From Trichodelitschia bisporula (lineage: Eukaryota), in assembly GCA_010356995.1 (NCBI GenBank), contig ML996702.1, positions 248,001 through 312,000 of the forward strand: a DNA stretch of 64,000 bases, written 5' to 3'. The translations under genes and the position numbers were made by a program. Below are positions 36,262 to 47,699 of the stretch, in pieces (position 1 is the stretch's first letter; the number at the start of each line of letters is the position of its first letter). The notes under the pieces were generated by a model that worked only from the letters and a program-made list of their open reading frames with translations, made no database searches and was not told where the DNA came from.

Positions 36262-37955
36262 CTAGTGGGCACTCCACTCAATAGTCTTCAAATCGATCCC
36301 CTCTTGGACCATCTCCCATAGCGGTGACAGCTCGCGCAGGAAGTTAACCCGTTCCCGGACCGCCTTGAGCACATAATCAATCTCCGCTTCAGTCGTGAAG
36401 CGCCCAATACCAAACCGGATACTACTGTGCGCGTCCTCATCGCTGTTACCGAGCGCGCGAAGCACATAGCTCGGTTCAAGCGAGGCGGATGTGCATGCGC
36501 TGCCAGACGAAAGTGCTATATCCTTCAACGCCATGAGCAGCGACTCACCCTCGACGTAGGCAAACGAGACGTTGACGCAACCGGGATAGTGCCGCGTCGG
36601 GTCGCCGTTGAGGTGCGTATGTTCCATGGAAAGAAGGCCGTCCTTTAGACGCTTCGACAGCGCTGTAATACGCTTGGAGTCATACTACAGAAGTCAGTCT
36701 ATGCAGATCTTAATGATGTGCCGCAATTCCGGCTGAAGCCATATTCATAACCCCTGCTGTCCTTCAACATAGCTTGGGGCTTAGAAGCTGATAGCACCAG
36801 CTCTGATATTTCGCATAGCACATAATCATCAAAAGGGATATAGCGAAGGGGAGAACCTACTGCCATGTCCTCCTTGCATATCCGCGCAGCCTCGCCCATG
36901 CCGATCGAAAGAGGCGGCGCCAGCGTACCGCTGCGGAGACCACGCTCCTGACCACCACCGGTGATAAGAGGATCCAGTCTGACGCGCGGCCGCCGACGAA
37001 CGTAGCACGCACCAATGCCCTTGGGGCCGTAGATCTTGTGCCCAGAGATAGACATTAGGTCGATGTTCATCGCATTAACGTCCACCGGGATCTTGCCGAC
37101 CGCCTGGGCAGCATCGGTGTGAAAGAATATCTTCTTTGAGCGGCAGAGCCTGCCAATTTCATGGAGCGGCTGTACAACGCCAATCTCGTTGTTGACCGCC
37201 ATGATGCTCACGAGGGCGGTCTCAGGCCGCATCGCTGCCTCGAGCTCCTCCAGGTTAACAATCCCGTTTTTGTCGACCGGCAGATAAGTGACTTCGTAGC
37301 CTTCATCCTGCAAGTGACGGGCGGAGTCAAGAACGCATTTATGCTCCGTCTGGCAAGTGATCATGTGCTTCTTCTTCCCGGACCGTCCGAAGAAGCGCAT
37401 GACGCCCTTGATGCTCATGTTGTTACTCTCCGTCGCGCCGCTCGTAAATATGATTTCCTTAGGATCGGCGCCGACAAGATCGGCAATGTGCTTGCGTGCC
37501 TCCTCAACCGCCGCCTCCGTCTCCCAGCCGTAGGCGTGTGTACGAGAATGAGGGTTGCCATATTGTCCGGTCATGAACGGAAGCATCGCATCCAGCACGC
37601 GGGGATCAAGAGGCGTGGTAGCCTGCATGTCGAGGTAGATTGGCCGTGTGCCTTCGTCCATAACTGTTGCCTGCTTCAAAATACCGGCTGCGGGGCTCAT
37701 CATCGCATCGGCGGACACGCCAGGAACCGTGAAATCCTGCGGCCGCTTGCCAGTTTGCTGCATAAAGGACTTTTGCTCGGCCCGGATAGCCTGCTCGACA
37801 TTGACTGTCGCCTGCGCCGGCTTCGTCTCGGAAACGTAGGTACGCTGTGAAATACGGCCAGTGGCGGGAGCATTGCGAAGCGCACCGCGCGCCAGGGAGG
37901 AGCGAGGACAGTTCTTGAGGGCCTGCCTCAGCGCCGTAGGCGCAAGGTTTGTCAT
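36262..37955 (-). CDS. NFS1: Mitochondrial cysteine desulfurase, 2 exons (intron 36685-36860)
   Basis: N-terminal presequence. Motifs [54 protein letters not shown], catalytic [17 protein letters not shown] and a terminal IEWSAH. Confidence 0.97.
36685..36860 (-). ncRNA. Candidate intron-encoded structured RNA/snoRNA in the NFS1 intron
   Basis: 176-nt intron (3-4 times the typical length here) with a box-C-like TGATGA at 36826-36831 and several predicted hairpins. No canonical box D distinct from the branch site. Confidence 0.4.
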
Positions 37956-38611
37956 TGTGAGATACGGAATTGGAGGAGTGGAGAGGGGTGGAGAGGGTGG
38001 CGATAATTTCGAGGTTTCGCGGAGTAGAGATGCAAGAAGGTGGAGAAATGGAACGGGATGACTATGGCACCGTGTCCGGCCAATGGCGATTTCGGGCGGG
38101 GCTGCTTTTCGTCCTTGGCACCTGAGGCAGCGACGTCACACATTGTATTCCCGTTTTCTTTGCCAAGTTCACATGCTTTCGACATGCAATGAAATGGAAG
38201 ACGCCGTTTGCAGTGGATGCGAATCCCGGGTTGCACAGCGACACTGAACATTCCATTCTTGGAACATTTTGAAGCCTTTTTCTATGCCCTATTCACGAGG
38301 TCTGTGATTTTAGTCTACGCAAAGCCGCCAGTGGACAGTCTCACCGACGAACCGGGTAGATTGCGGAGTCGACCTGCCCAAAGCTGCCCACCTCTAAGCC
38401 ACCACCCTTCGTCATCGCTTCGTTCGTGAACGTATACCCTCTCCTCACAACAATACCTGTCCAAACTCGGCTCTCCTTGCTGCCTACTCCTTGCTGCCCT
38501 TAAAACGCATCCCTTCGTCCGCTTCACACATCCTACATCTTTCTCCACGCAAATTCCCCGCCGTCCCGCCGTAGCCCCCATCGTACGATCCGCGACGCGG
38601 TAGAAGCCAAG

Positions 38612-40221
38612 ATGAGCTGGAAGGGCTTCCAGAAGAGCGTCGTCAGGGTGCGCAACACTTAAACTCTGCTAGAGAGCCGGACTGATCAGGTATACAGGCG
38701 CCGCAAACGGTCAAGCAAAGGTTCAACGTCGTAGGTCGAGCCTTTCCCGCCGTTCCCCACTCCATGGATGCGCCTTTGACGGAGCCATAACGTCGACGCC
38801 GGCTGACTCGGAACTGCGTGCAGGGCGAGGTATCAAAAGACCCAGTATACATTGATGCCGAGCGGAGATTCCAGGAGTTGGAATCGGAGACGAAAAAGCT
38901 GCACGATGAGTCCAAGAAGTGCGCATCCTCATCCAAAAGTTGGCCCTAGGCAGCACTTTACTGACTTGGGACAGATACTTTGATGCCATTAACAGTCCGT
39001 CTATCGTGCTAGTCCACTACTACTACTGCTAATTAACTCAGGCATGCTCTCCCATCAAATCGAATTCTCCAAGGCATGTGCCGAAATTTACAAGCCAATA
39101 TCAGGACGAGTCTCGGACCCGGATTCCTTCGTGCAAGACGGCAACCCTGAAGGCATACGCGCGTGCGAGGAGTACGAGGCCATAGTCAAGGACTTGCAGG
39201 AAACGCTCGCTCCGGAGCTAGAAATGATTGAGTCGCGGGTCATTAAGCCGGCGGACGAGCTGCTCGAAATCATCAAAATGGTCCGGAAAACCGCTGCGAA
39301 GCGTGACCATAAACAGCTCGACTATGATCGCCATCGCGCCACACTGAAGAAGCTCCAGGACAAGAAGGATAGAACGCTCAAGGACGAAAAGGCACTGTAC
39401 AAGGCGGAGAACGACGTCGAGCTGGCCACCCAGGACTACAATCACTTCAACGAGCTCCTCAAGACCGAGCTTCCGGAGCTATTTCGCCTCGAGCGCGAGT
39501 TCATTCGGCCTCTCTTCCAGTCGTTCTACTACATGCAACTCAATGTCTTCTACACCCTTCACGAGCGCATGCAGTCCATCGACATTGGCTACTTCAACCT
39601 CGACACAGACATCGAAGGAGCATTCGAAGAGAAACGCGGCGAAATCGCTGCACAAGTAGAGCAACTCAGTATTGTGAAGTTTAAGACGACCGGCGGACGT
39701 CCGAAAGGCGTATCAAAATACGGCAACAAGCCGCTAGCCATTGAGCCCTCAAAATACGGCAGCGAGCCGCTCGCCATCGAGGCCGCAAAGCCCGGTGCGC
39801 GGCGCAACACATTGGATTCCTCTGATGCGCCGCCTCCGCCGTACAGCGCTGGAAATCTACTCTCTCCGCCGCTGTCTGCAGGGGCCGGCCCAAGCCGGGC
39901 TGCAAGCACCGGCAGCAATTGGAGTGCCGCCGCGAAAGGAAAGGGACCAGCACCGCCTCCACCAAAGCCTAAGCCTGCCAGACTTGCTGCTGCACCAGTG
40001 GTGGAGACGGCCACGGCGCTCTATGACTATGAGGCACAAGCCGAGGGCGATTTGAGCTTTTCGGCCGGCGAAGTCATTGAGATTGTGACAAAGACACAGA
40101 ACCAGAATGAATGGTGGACAGGGAAAATTAACGGGAGAGAGGGTGTTTTCCCAGGTTCGTACTTATTGCTTGGGCTGTTAACATGCTGACCGCCTTAGGA
40201 AACTATGTACAGTTGAACTAA
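38612..40221 (+). CDS. RVS167: Amphiphysin-like BAR-SH3 protein, 6 exons
   Basis: Splices to [46 protein letters not shown] motif [14 protein letters not shown]3 domain [33 protein letters not shown]. Confidence 0.95.
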
Positions 40222-40633
40222 GTTCGGAGTTGGTCACATACCCGGTGTCACGGTGTCTTTACAACGTTCATAGCATGAGATTCAGTTGAGCGGATTTGCA
40301 CCTTGGATTGGTCACTGAACCATGTTTGCCTGACGGATGGGAGGCTTGGGTATTCCTGTACGGTTGGAGCATATTCTAGGAGACGTGTAGTGGTGTCAAT
40401 AGAGAGCGTGGAGCTCATTCGATCGATGCTGGATGCGACATCTCGATCTTTAGATGTAATGTGAAGCCCGCCGCGCCCTCTTCGCCTTAAATACCAGCTT
40501 CCGGTGACAATTACCCCGCACGAAGTCGTGAGAACCTCAATCTGCGGAGGCAAATCGTGTTGAACCAGACTGAGCCGTTGCTGATACTAAGGGGATGCGG
40601 CTCAGAAATTGATATTGCCTATATCTCGATCAT

Positions 40634-40681
40634 TTTGAGTTCTCTAATTCAAGATTTGAGTTCTCTAATTCATGATTTGAG
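40634..40681. repeat. 21-bp tandem repeat, about 2.3 copies
   Basis: TTTGAGTTCTCTAATTCAAGA TTTGAGTTCTCTAATTCATGA TTTGAG. Confidence 0.9.
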
Positions 40682-40981
40682 GACCACCAAATCATAGCCT
40701 TACTCCAGTATGCAATGAGTGATTTAAGGTTGTAACTATGTCACTGCGCAACGATAAAGCTGCAGGACGGCGAGCAGGCGTTGCAAGGAAACTTGGCCGG
40801 GCCGGAACAACTACGGTCCGTGCCAGATGGCTTGAGCTTTGCCTTCGTCTCCCTGCTGAACCCTCCAAACCCGTCGTCCTAGCCATCAGCCATCTCCGTT
40901 CGACCAGAGCTTCAACGCCCGCCATCTCGATCTTTCGCGCACGTTAAAAATACACACTCCATCCGCATCAAATCAGCTGCA

Positions 40982-41750
40982 ATGTCTTCCGATCTGTGGT
41001 ATGTGATCCTACGGCCTAGTCGCGAAGCCCCGCGCGATGATAAGCCTCTTGCTCGCGCCTTTGCATCAGCTCCTCCTTGCCTGCCTTAGAGCGTGCTTGC
41101 TAACATTTGCTCTGCGCAGTCCCGTCTACGCCGTATGCCTTCCCGTCCATGCCAGACCACTGGTGGACCGCTTCACACTTTAGGGTAGCTAACTCAGTGC
41201 AGCCGTTTTTCGGGGCGATGGGCTGTACCGCCGCCATTGTCTTCACCTGCTTCGGCGCTGCCTACGGCACTGCCAAGTCCGGCGTCGGCATCGCCGCCAT
41301 GGGTGTTCTCCGGCCTGACCTCATCGTCAAGAGTGCGTCGCCCGCCTAGCGCTTTTGCATGGTCTAACATGGATAGACATCATTCCCGTCATTATGGCTG
41401 GTATCATCGGTATCTACGGCTTGGTGGTGTCGGTCCTCATCTCGAACGACCTGAAGCAGGAGACGGCCCTCTTCACGGGCTTCATTCAGCTCGGTGCTGG
41501 TCTGTCCGTCGGCCTGGCGGGTCTTGCCGCTGGCTTTGCCATTGGCATCGTTGGTGACGCTGGTGTCCGTGGTACCGCTCAGCAGCCCCGGTTGTTCGTT
41601 GGCATGATCCTGATTCTCATTTTCGCCGAAGTCCTGGGTAAGTTTGGCGACCAGAGAAGAAACATCGCTGACGTCGCAGGTCTGTATGGGTTGATCGTTG
41701 CGCTCCTGATGAACTCCCGCGCTAGCCAGGACGTCACCTGCAGCCGCTAA
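40982..41750 (+). CDS. VMA3: V-type ATPase 16-kDa proteolipid subunit c, 5 exons including a 13-nt microexon
   Basis: Exons 40982-40998, 41120-41132, 41203-41332, 41377-41637 and 41680-41750 give [63 protein letters not shown]. Confidence 0.96.
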
Positions 41751-42255
41751 GTGCGGTCTGCGTACGCGGTGACAGCTGGAACACGTTGGAATACGGCAAT
41801 GCAGTCGCGAAACGGCATGGCCTATCGGCCCTAATCTGGTCGCTTGCCTCGCTGAAGCGGCGGCTGGTGAACATGTGATGCTTGTGGAGAGCTCGGTAGA
41901 TATGGTTGGCGGGTTCCCGGAGCATTGTACCTTATTCACCTTGGACTTTCGTGGGAAATTGCGGCAGCTTCTGTACTACAATCGAAGGCGTTAACGCGAT
42001 GTTGTCTGTTAAATTGGTTCCATGATAATGTGCAGCTTTGAAAGTGTATGAACATGATGTGAAGCGCCCGATATGAGGGGCAAGGACACCTTGGGACATC
42101 AAAGAGATCACCCTGGCTTTCAATTGGTTCGAGCAAGCCAGGGCGTCAGAACTGATCAACTTTCGACCTCAGTTGAGCAACAGCAAATACTAGCTGCCAC
42201 CACTGCCAATACTATGTACCCGTACGCAGTATAAATGTTGCGCGCATGTAGGGCG

Positions 42256-43730
42256 ATGGTCTCAAAACTTCCGCAAAACCCACTGATCGCCGTCATCGGC
42301 GCAACAGGCACGGGAAAATCTCAAGTATGAAACCCCCCAATTCGAACATCAAGTATCTTATGCATGTAGTTGGCCGTTGAGCTCGCCATACGGTTTAACG
42401 GCGAAATAATCAATGGCGATGCCGTTCAGATGTATCATGGCCTGCCCATCATTACGAACAAAATCACTGAGCCCGAGATGAAGGGCATCCCGCATCATTT
42501 TCTCGGCACCATCGGCCTCGACGAACCGACTTGGACCGTAGGCACCTTTTTGAAAAAGGTTTTGCCGCTGGTGAGTTGTGCTCGCGGAGTAGAATACGGC
42601 GCTTATACCAGTAGATCGATGCCATCCACGCCCGCAACCGCCTTCCCATCCTAGTCGGCGGAACGCATTACTACACCCAGGCCCTCCTCGTCAAAAACTC
42701 CACCATAGAACCCTCTTCCGACGCCGAAGAAGGCGACCCTAGAACAGAATCCCCTTTCTCCATCCTCGACGCCCCCACGGAAACTGTCCTCCAGCGCCTC
42801 CGCGAAGTCGACCCAGTCATGGCGGAACGCTGGCACCCCCATGACCGCCGCAAGATTCAACGCTCCCTTGAGATTTTCCTGCGTACTGGTAGGCCTGCGT
42901 CTGAGATGTATGCCGCGCAGCATGCCGCGCCTGACGATGCTGGATCTGGGGACGAAGAAACGGACCTTGCGGGGGGGGGTATGCGCTTCCCGACGCTTAC
43001 CCTGTGGGTTCACGCTCCGCACAACGTTCTTGCGCCTAGGCTTGATGCCCGCGTACACAAGATGTTGGAAGCGGGGTTGCTAGACGAAGTCCGCGCCATG
43101 GACGCCTATCGGACAGACAAGTCCCGCATCGAGCCGGTCGACCTCACGAAAGGAATCTGGGCGTCCATCGGATACCGGCAATTCGCACCAATGCTGGAAG
43201 CAGAGCGCGCAGGGGCTGCTGAAGCCGAGGTCCTAAAGGGTTACAACGAAGGCATCGAAATGACGCAGGCGGCTACGCGGCGATATGCCAAGCGGCAGAT
43301 CCGCTGGGTGCGGATCAAGCTCGTGAATGCGCTGGAGAGGGCGGGGGCGAAGGGGAATTTGTTTGCGTTGGATGGCGAGGATGTGGGGAGGTTTGAGGAG
43401 GGGGTTGTTAAGCCGGCGGTTGGGTTGGTGGGGACGTTTTTAGAGGGTGGGGAGTTGCCTGCGCCGGAGGTGGTGGCTGATGTTGCGGGTGAGATATTGG
43501 AGGCGCAGGCAGAGGATTTGAGTTTGAGGAGGGATTTGTGGGTTAAGAAGAGGTGTGAGGTTTGTGGGACTACGGCGGTTACGGAGCATGAATGGGAGAA
43601 GCATGTTAGGTCGAAGAGGCATGGGAAGTTGGTGGCGAAGGCGAAGAAGAGGGAAGGGGATAGGGAGAGGTTGGCTCTGAGGGAGGAAGGAAATCATAGG
43701 AGTGAGGTTGATGATTCGCAGGAAGGTTAA
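42256..43730 (+). CDS. MOD5: tRNA dimethylallyltransferase (isopentenyltransferase), 3 exons; in-frame upstream ATG at 42235
   Basis: P-loop [67 protein letters not shown] and a C-terminal zinc finger CEVC..HVRSKRH. Confidence 0.95.
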
Positions 43731-44578
43731 GAGGCTTTTGTGCTCATCAAGAGGTTGTTGGGTACAAATGCTTCATTTTCCCGCTGGTATCATGATGATC
43801 ACGTACTCAAATTCGGAGACAAAGGGTGATGACGCTATCAAGAAGGTATCGTTTCTTCGATGCTAAGGTGGGTGTTTGAAGCGGCTTGGGATGAATGCAG
43901 GCTAATATGTGCTGCCAGCTGCGAGAACATAGTCCAATGGCAAGGCGATCAAGGCGGGATGTTTTTAGGCTTGTGTAAAGTGGGCGAGCAACAGAAAACT
44001 TCACCTAGCCAAGATAGTAATTCTAGCTCATCACGGAAGCACAGGCCATGCGATCCCGCCGCGGTCTTGTCGGCTGCCAACGCCAAGGCATACAGCCTCG
44101 TCCCCCTCCGATACACCACAACGTCAGCATCAAGCGCAACAGGATTAATCAAACTGAAGTCAAAGTCTCAATTGCTAAATACTAATGGATCTGCAAGCTC
44201 TTGAGAGAAGTTGTTGGCTGTGTCCTCCGTCGCGTGCAGTTGGAGCTGTCACTCGGGGTTGTGACGGGCCCGGTCTCTCGGTTCCCTTACCATTGTTCCT
44301 CAGACATCACCTCCTCACAATGCTAACCCCTCCGCCGTACCACGGACCCACGACGCCCAGGAACAACACTAAGCTCCCGGCTGTGCCTCAGTCTCTACCA
44401 CTGATCTTTAGCATTGTGGATCTTAGTATTGTCACCACGATGGCCCCCCACATAGTATTCATGTTTTCGGCTCAACTCCACCACACTTCTTCTCCTTGTC
44501 TACCACCTACACAGATACCCAACACCGTGACGATATCAGACTTTCTCAACAGCTGTTACCGCTGCAAGTCAAGCATAT

Positions 44579-44771
44579 TATTGACTTTGTGGAACTGGCA
44601 CAGGCAACTGAAAAAAAGGGGAGAAGATAGTTGTATCGGATGCGGAGGAAACTATCTACTGAAAACGGCTTAAGTACTGAAACCGGAGAAAACATTGATC
44701 CGGTAACCTTTCAGTACTGGAGCCTTGGCACTAGCCACAAACCTGCCTACAGCCTCAACTGCCTCTCAACA
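44579..44771 (-). repeat. LTR (3' LTR in element orientation)
   Basis: Minus strand reads TGTTGA...TCAATA. About 96% identical to 46005-46196. Preceded on the minus strand by a purine-rich GGAGGG (weak PPT). Confidence 0.9.
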
Positions 44772-45060
44772 CGGCCCTCCAAATCGCTAGCTCAGCCGTG
44801 ATCCACGAGGTCATTGACATCTGAATTGTTATTGTCCTTGATGTCGGTGACGTCATACGTCTTGACGTTGAAGTAGTAAGCGGCCTGAGGTGGCGATTTA
44901 ACCAAGCAAGCGCTCCCGAAAGAGCCCCTGAATACCCTCTCGGAGTCACGCCGCAAGCTTCGAGAGCGCGCAATCGTCAATCGTCAATGGTCTCCGGAGG
45001 GCCTCGGATCCTCATCATCACAAGCCACGGTGTCACCGTAGAGAGAGAGGGATCGCAATC

Positions 45061-46002
45061 ATGGCACCAATCACCTTCTCAGACGAGGAAATCGACGATA
45101 TCGCTTTCGAAGTCACAAGCTCAGAACGTTCAGCTGACGTCATCCTGGACCAGAAGAGTCAATGGAGCAATTGGATTAGATCAGTACAAGCTAAATTCGA
45201 AATCTGGTGTGTCTGGGGACATCTCGAAGGACGCGATTCAATAGATCTCTCAATTGGCGATCATCAACGACTCGATTATGCGCTTCGCTTATGGCTTCTC
45301 AAAGGGATCTCAAAGAAGCTGCACTGGATCCTTAGGCAAGATAGATACGCTATCTATTCGAGTCTAGAAGCGTTCGCATTAATCAGGAAGCTTCGTGGGC
45401 TGCCGCCACCGATGCCGAAGCAAATCACCCCGCAATCCAAATCCTCCCCGCAAGGGATTAAGCAAGAAGGACCCCCCCGCAAAACACCCGAAACCATTAC
45501 CGAGCAAGAGCTCAGAGGATCAACGCCAGCCAGAGAGTCACCGGCAGAGAGTGGACGACAGAGCGTCCCATCGGAGACGGCAAATACGGTAACGATCGAG
45601 TTAGCAAAGCAAGAATCCACGTGCAGTTAAGCCCTAGAACTCAACTTAATCGACCAAGCGCCAGTCACGCCGGAAGCTTTTATCGCAATCATCGAACCAA
45701 CGGCAGCCACGGGGCCGCCGGTATTACGCGATCAGGGGCGCAGGCGACGTGACGTGAGCTTAATGGACGTAAAGTCGGAGACGTCTCCACAGCCAAACGC
45801 TTCAGCAAAGCAATTTGAGCCTCAGCGTCAGTCTACGGCAACGGCTAGATCGCTCAACGCAATCAGGCTTGCAGTTAGAGCGATTTCCTGCATCTCAGTC
45901 GCAAGCTTCAAGTGCGCTTTTGACGTGTTTATCGATTCTTCTCAGATAGCTGAATGCGGAAGAGGGTCCCCTAGTAGCCGCGGGAGCACCAGGGACTCAT
46001 AA
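45061..46002 (+). pseudogene. Gag-like ORF inside the LTR element, interrupted by one in-frame TAA at 45628-45630
   Basis: 189 codons (QWSNWIRSVQAKFEIWCVWGHLEG..ALRLWLLKGIS..EAFALIRK, resembling copia Gag N-termini). The same frame stays open after the TAA until 46002. Confidence 0.55.
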
Positions 46003-46004
46003 CC
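45990..46004 (-). other. Primer-binding site complementary to the anticodon arm of initiator tRNA-Met
   Basis: GGTTATGAG(T)CCCTG versus the tRNAiMet anticodon arm CAGGGCUCAUAACC (one extra base). This type of half-tRNA priming is known from Ty5 and Drosophila copia. Confidence 0.8.
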
Positions 46005-46196
46005 TAATGACTGTGTAGAACTGGCACAGGCAACTGAAAAAAAGGGGAGAAGATAGTTGTATCGGATGCGGAGGAAACTATCTACTGAAGACGGCTTTAG
46101 TACTGAAACCGGAGAAACATTGATCCGGTAACCTTTCAGTACTGAAGCCTTGGCACTAGCCACAAACCTGCCTACAGCCTCAACTGCCTCTCAACG
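46005..46196 (-). repeat. LTR (5' LTR in element orientation)
   Basis: Minus strand reads CGTTGA...TCATTA, immediately followed by the PBS. Confidence 0.9.
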
Positions 46197-46249
46197 CATA
46201 TCCTCTCTCTGCCATACTTCACTTCCTCTTCACCCTCCAACCGGACATC

Positions 46250-47387
46250 ATGGACTCCGCACCAACCTTCGACGTCCTCTCTCAACCTCTTCCCATCCTC
46301 CTCCGGGACGGCAAAACACACGCCAACCTAACCCTATCCGCAATTGAAGCATACGCTTGGAACCGCAGCAACACCGCGCTCGTATACGGCATCGAACTCG
46401 GCCTAACCATCTACGCCCTCCTCATCGCCTACATGTGCACGCGGCCCGAAAAGCGCAAATCTCCCATCTTCATCCTCAACATCTTAGCCCTCATCTTCAA
46501 CACCATCAAGGCCGGCTTCGCAGCACACTACATCAACGGGCCCTTCCTCGAGCTCTACGCCATTCTTGCAAGCGACTTCTCCCGCGTGCCGAAAGGGGAA
46601 TATGTCTGCTCTGTCATCTTGGTCGTGTGCAAGTTTCTCGCCCTGCTCTGCACGGAAGGCAGCCTCGTCGTCCAAGTCCATGCCGTGCTCGCGACGACTA
46701 CGGCCCGGCAGCGGCTCTGGCTGCTCATGGCCACTGGATTCTTTGCTCTGGCTGCCGTGGGCTGCGGCTTCGCCCTAACCATTTTCAGCGCCATTGCAAT
46801 CATGCACACTACGGTGACTTTCACCGAAGCCAAGGTGACCTTGGCGGCTGGTATTAGCATCATGGTCAGTATCGTGTTTTTCATGATAATCTTTGTATGG
46901 AAGCTGGGGTTTGCCATATGGCAGCGCCGGCGGTTGGGGGTGCGGACGTATGGGCCTATGGAGGTACTGTTTATTATGGGGTGCTGTACTATGATTGTAC
47001 CGAGTAAGTTTACACCTTTTCCCTGTCGACGATATTGAGTTAGGACTGACCTCTCTAGCTATCTTTTCGATAATGCTCTGCATTACCGACCTCCCGTTCA
47101 TCCCGACCCTCACCCTCACTCTCACCGCCACCATGCTACCCCTTTCTTCGATCTGGGCCGCCGAGGGCATCAACCACGGAGCTGTACCCACATTTGAACA
47201 ACACCCCGCGAAAGCTCACGATCCCGAGGCTGGACTTAAGCACGTCGAAGATCCGGTCATGACGCCGGTGCGGCCGATTTATGATGATTCGGTGCTGATG
47301 TCGGGGAGCACTGTGCAGACATACGTGGTTCGGGGTTCGAATGGCCTGGATGTCAACAAGAAGCTGCCGAAGTCCCCTCTGACCTAA
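46250..47387 (+). CDS. STE2: Alpha-factor pheromone receptor (fungal class D GPCR), 2 exons (intron 47004-47058)
   Basis: FDVLSQPLPILLRDG, YGIELG, KRKSPIFILNILAL, EGSLVVQV, KLGFAIWQRRRLGVRTYGPMEVLFIMGCCTMIVP and LPLSSIWA; seven hydrophobic segments. Confidence 0.93.
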
Positions 47388-47699
47388 GCGAGTGCCTGGA
47401 TGGACTGAGGCTGTGCGAGATGATGTCGAGTGGGTGGTTCAATCCTGGTCGTGCCTGAGGGCTTGTAGAGATATTGATGTGGCAAATGTGTTTCTGTAGT
47501 GATAAATGTTTATGAACTTTTACGTCGTTCTTTGACTTGCTTGCTTTGCTCTTAGTGACTATCTGCTCCAAGATGTAGCCGTGTACATCCCACCCATTTT
47601 AAGCGTTCAGAAAATCCCATGTAAGGGGTTAGGGATTTCAAAGACATAGTATTTGGGGGAAAAACCTTGCAGTCAAACTCTATAACGATGAGAAGATCC

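Larger units (their letters stand above)
44579..46196 (-). mobile_element. Non-autonomous Ty1/copia-type LTR retroelement (1618 bp)
   Basis: Direct repeats at 44579-44771 and 46005-46196 (about 8 differences in 193 bp) and a 5-bp TSD CATAT at 44574-44578 and 46197-46201. The minus-strand PBS GGTTATGAGTCCCTG abuts the right LTR. No RT or integrase ORF. Confidence 0.9.

Noticed and set aside
43949..44220. Minus-strand protein-like fragment (..DFSLINPVALDADVVVYRRGTRLYALAL..) with an internal stop
   Set aside because: No recognisable family or gene structure. It could be a pseudogene fragment, but I cannot support that without a search.
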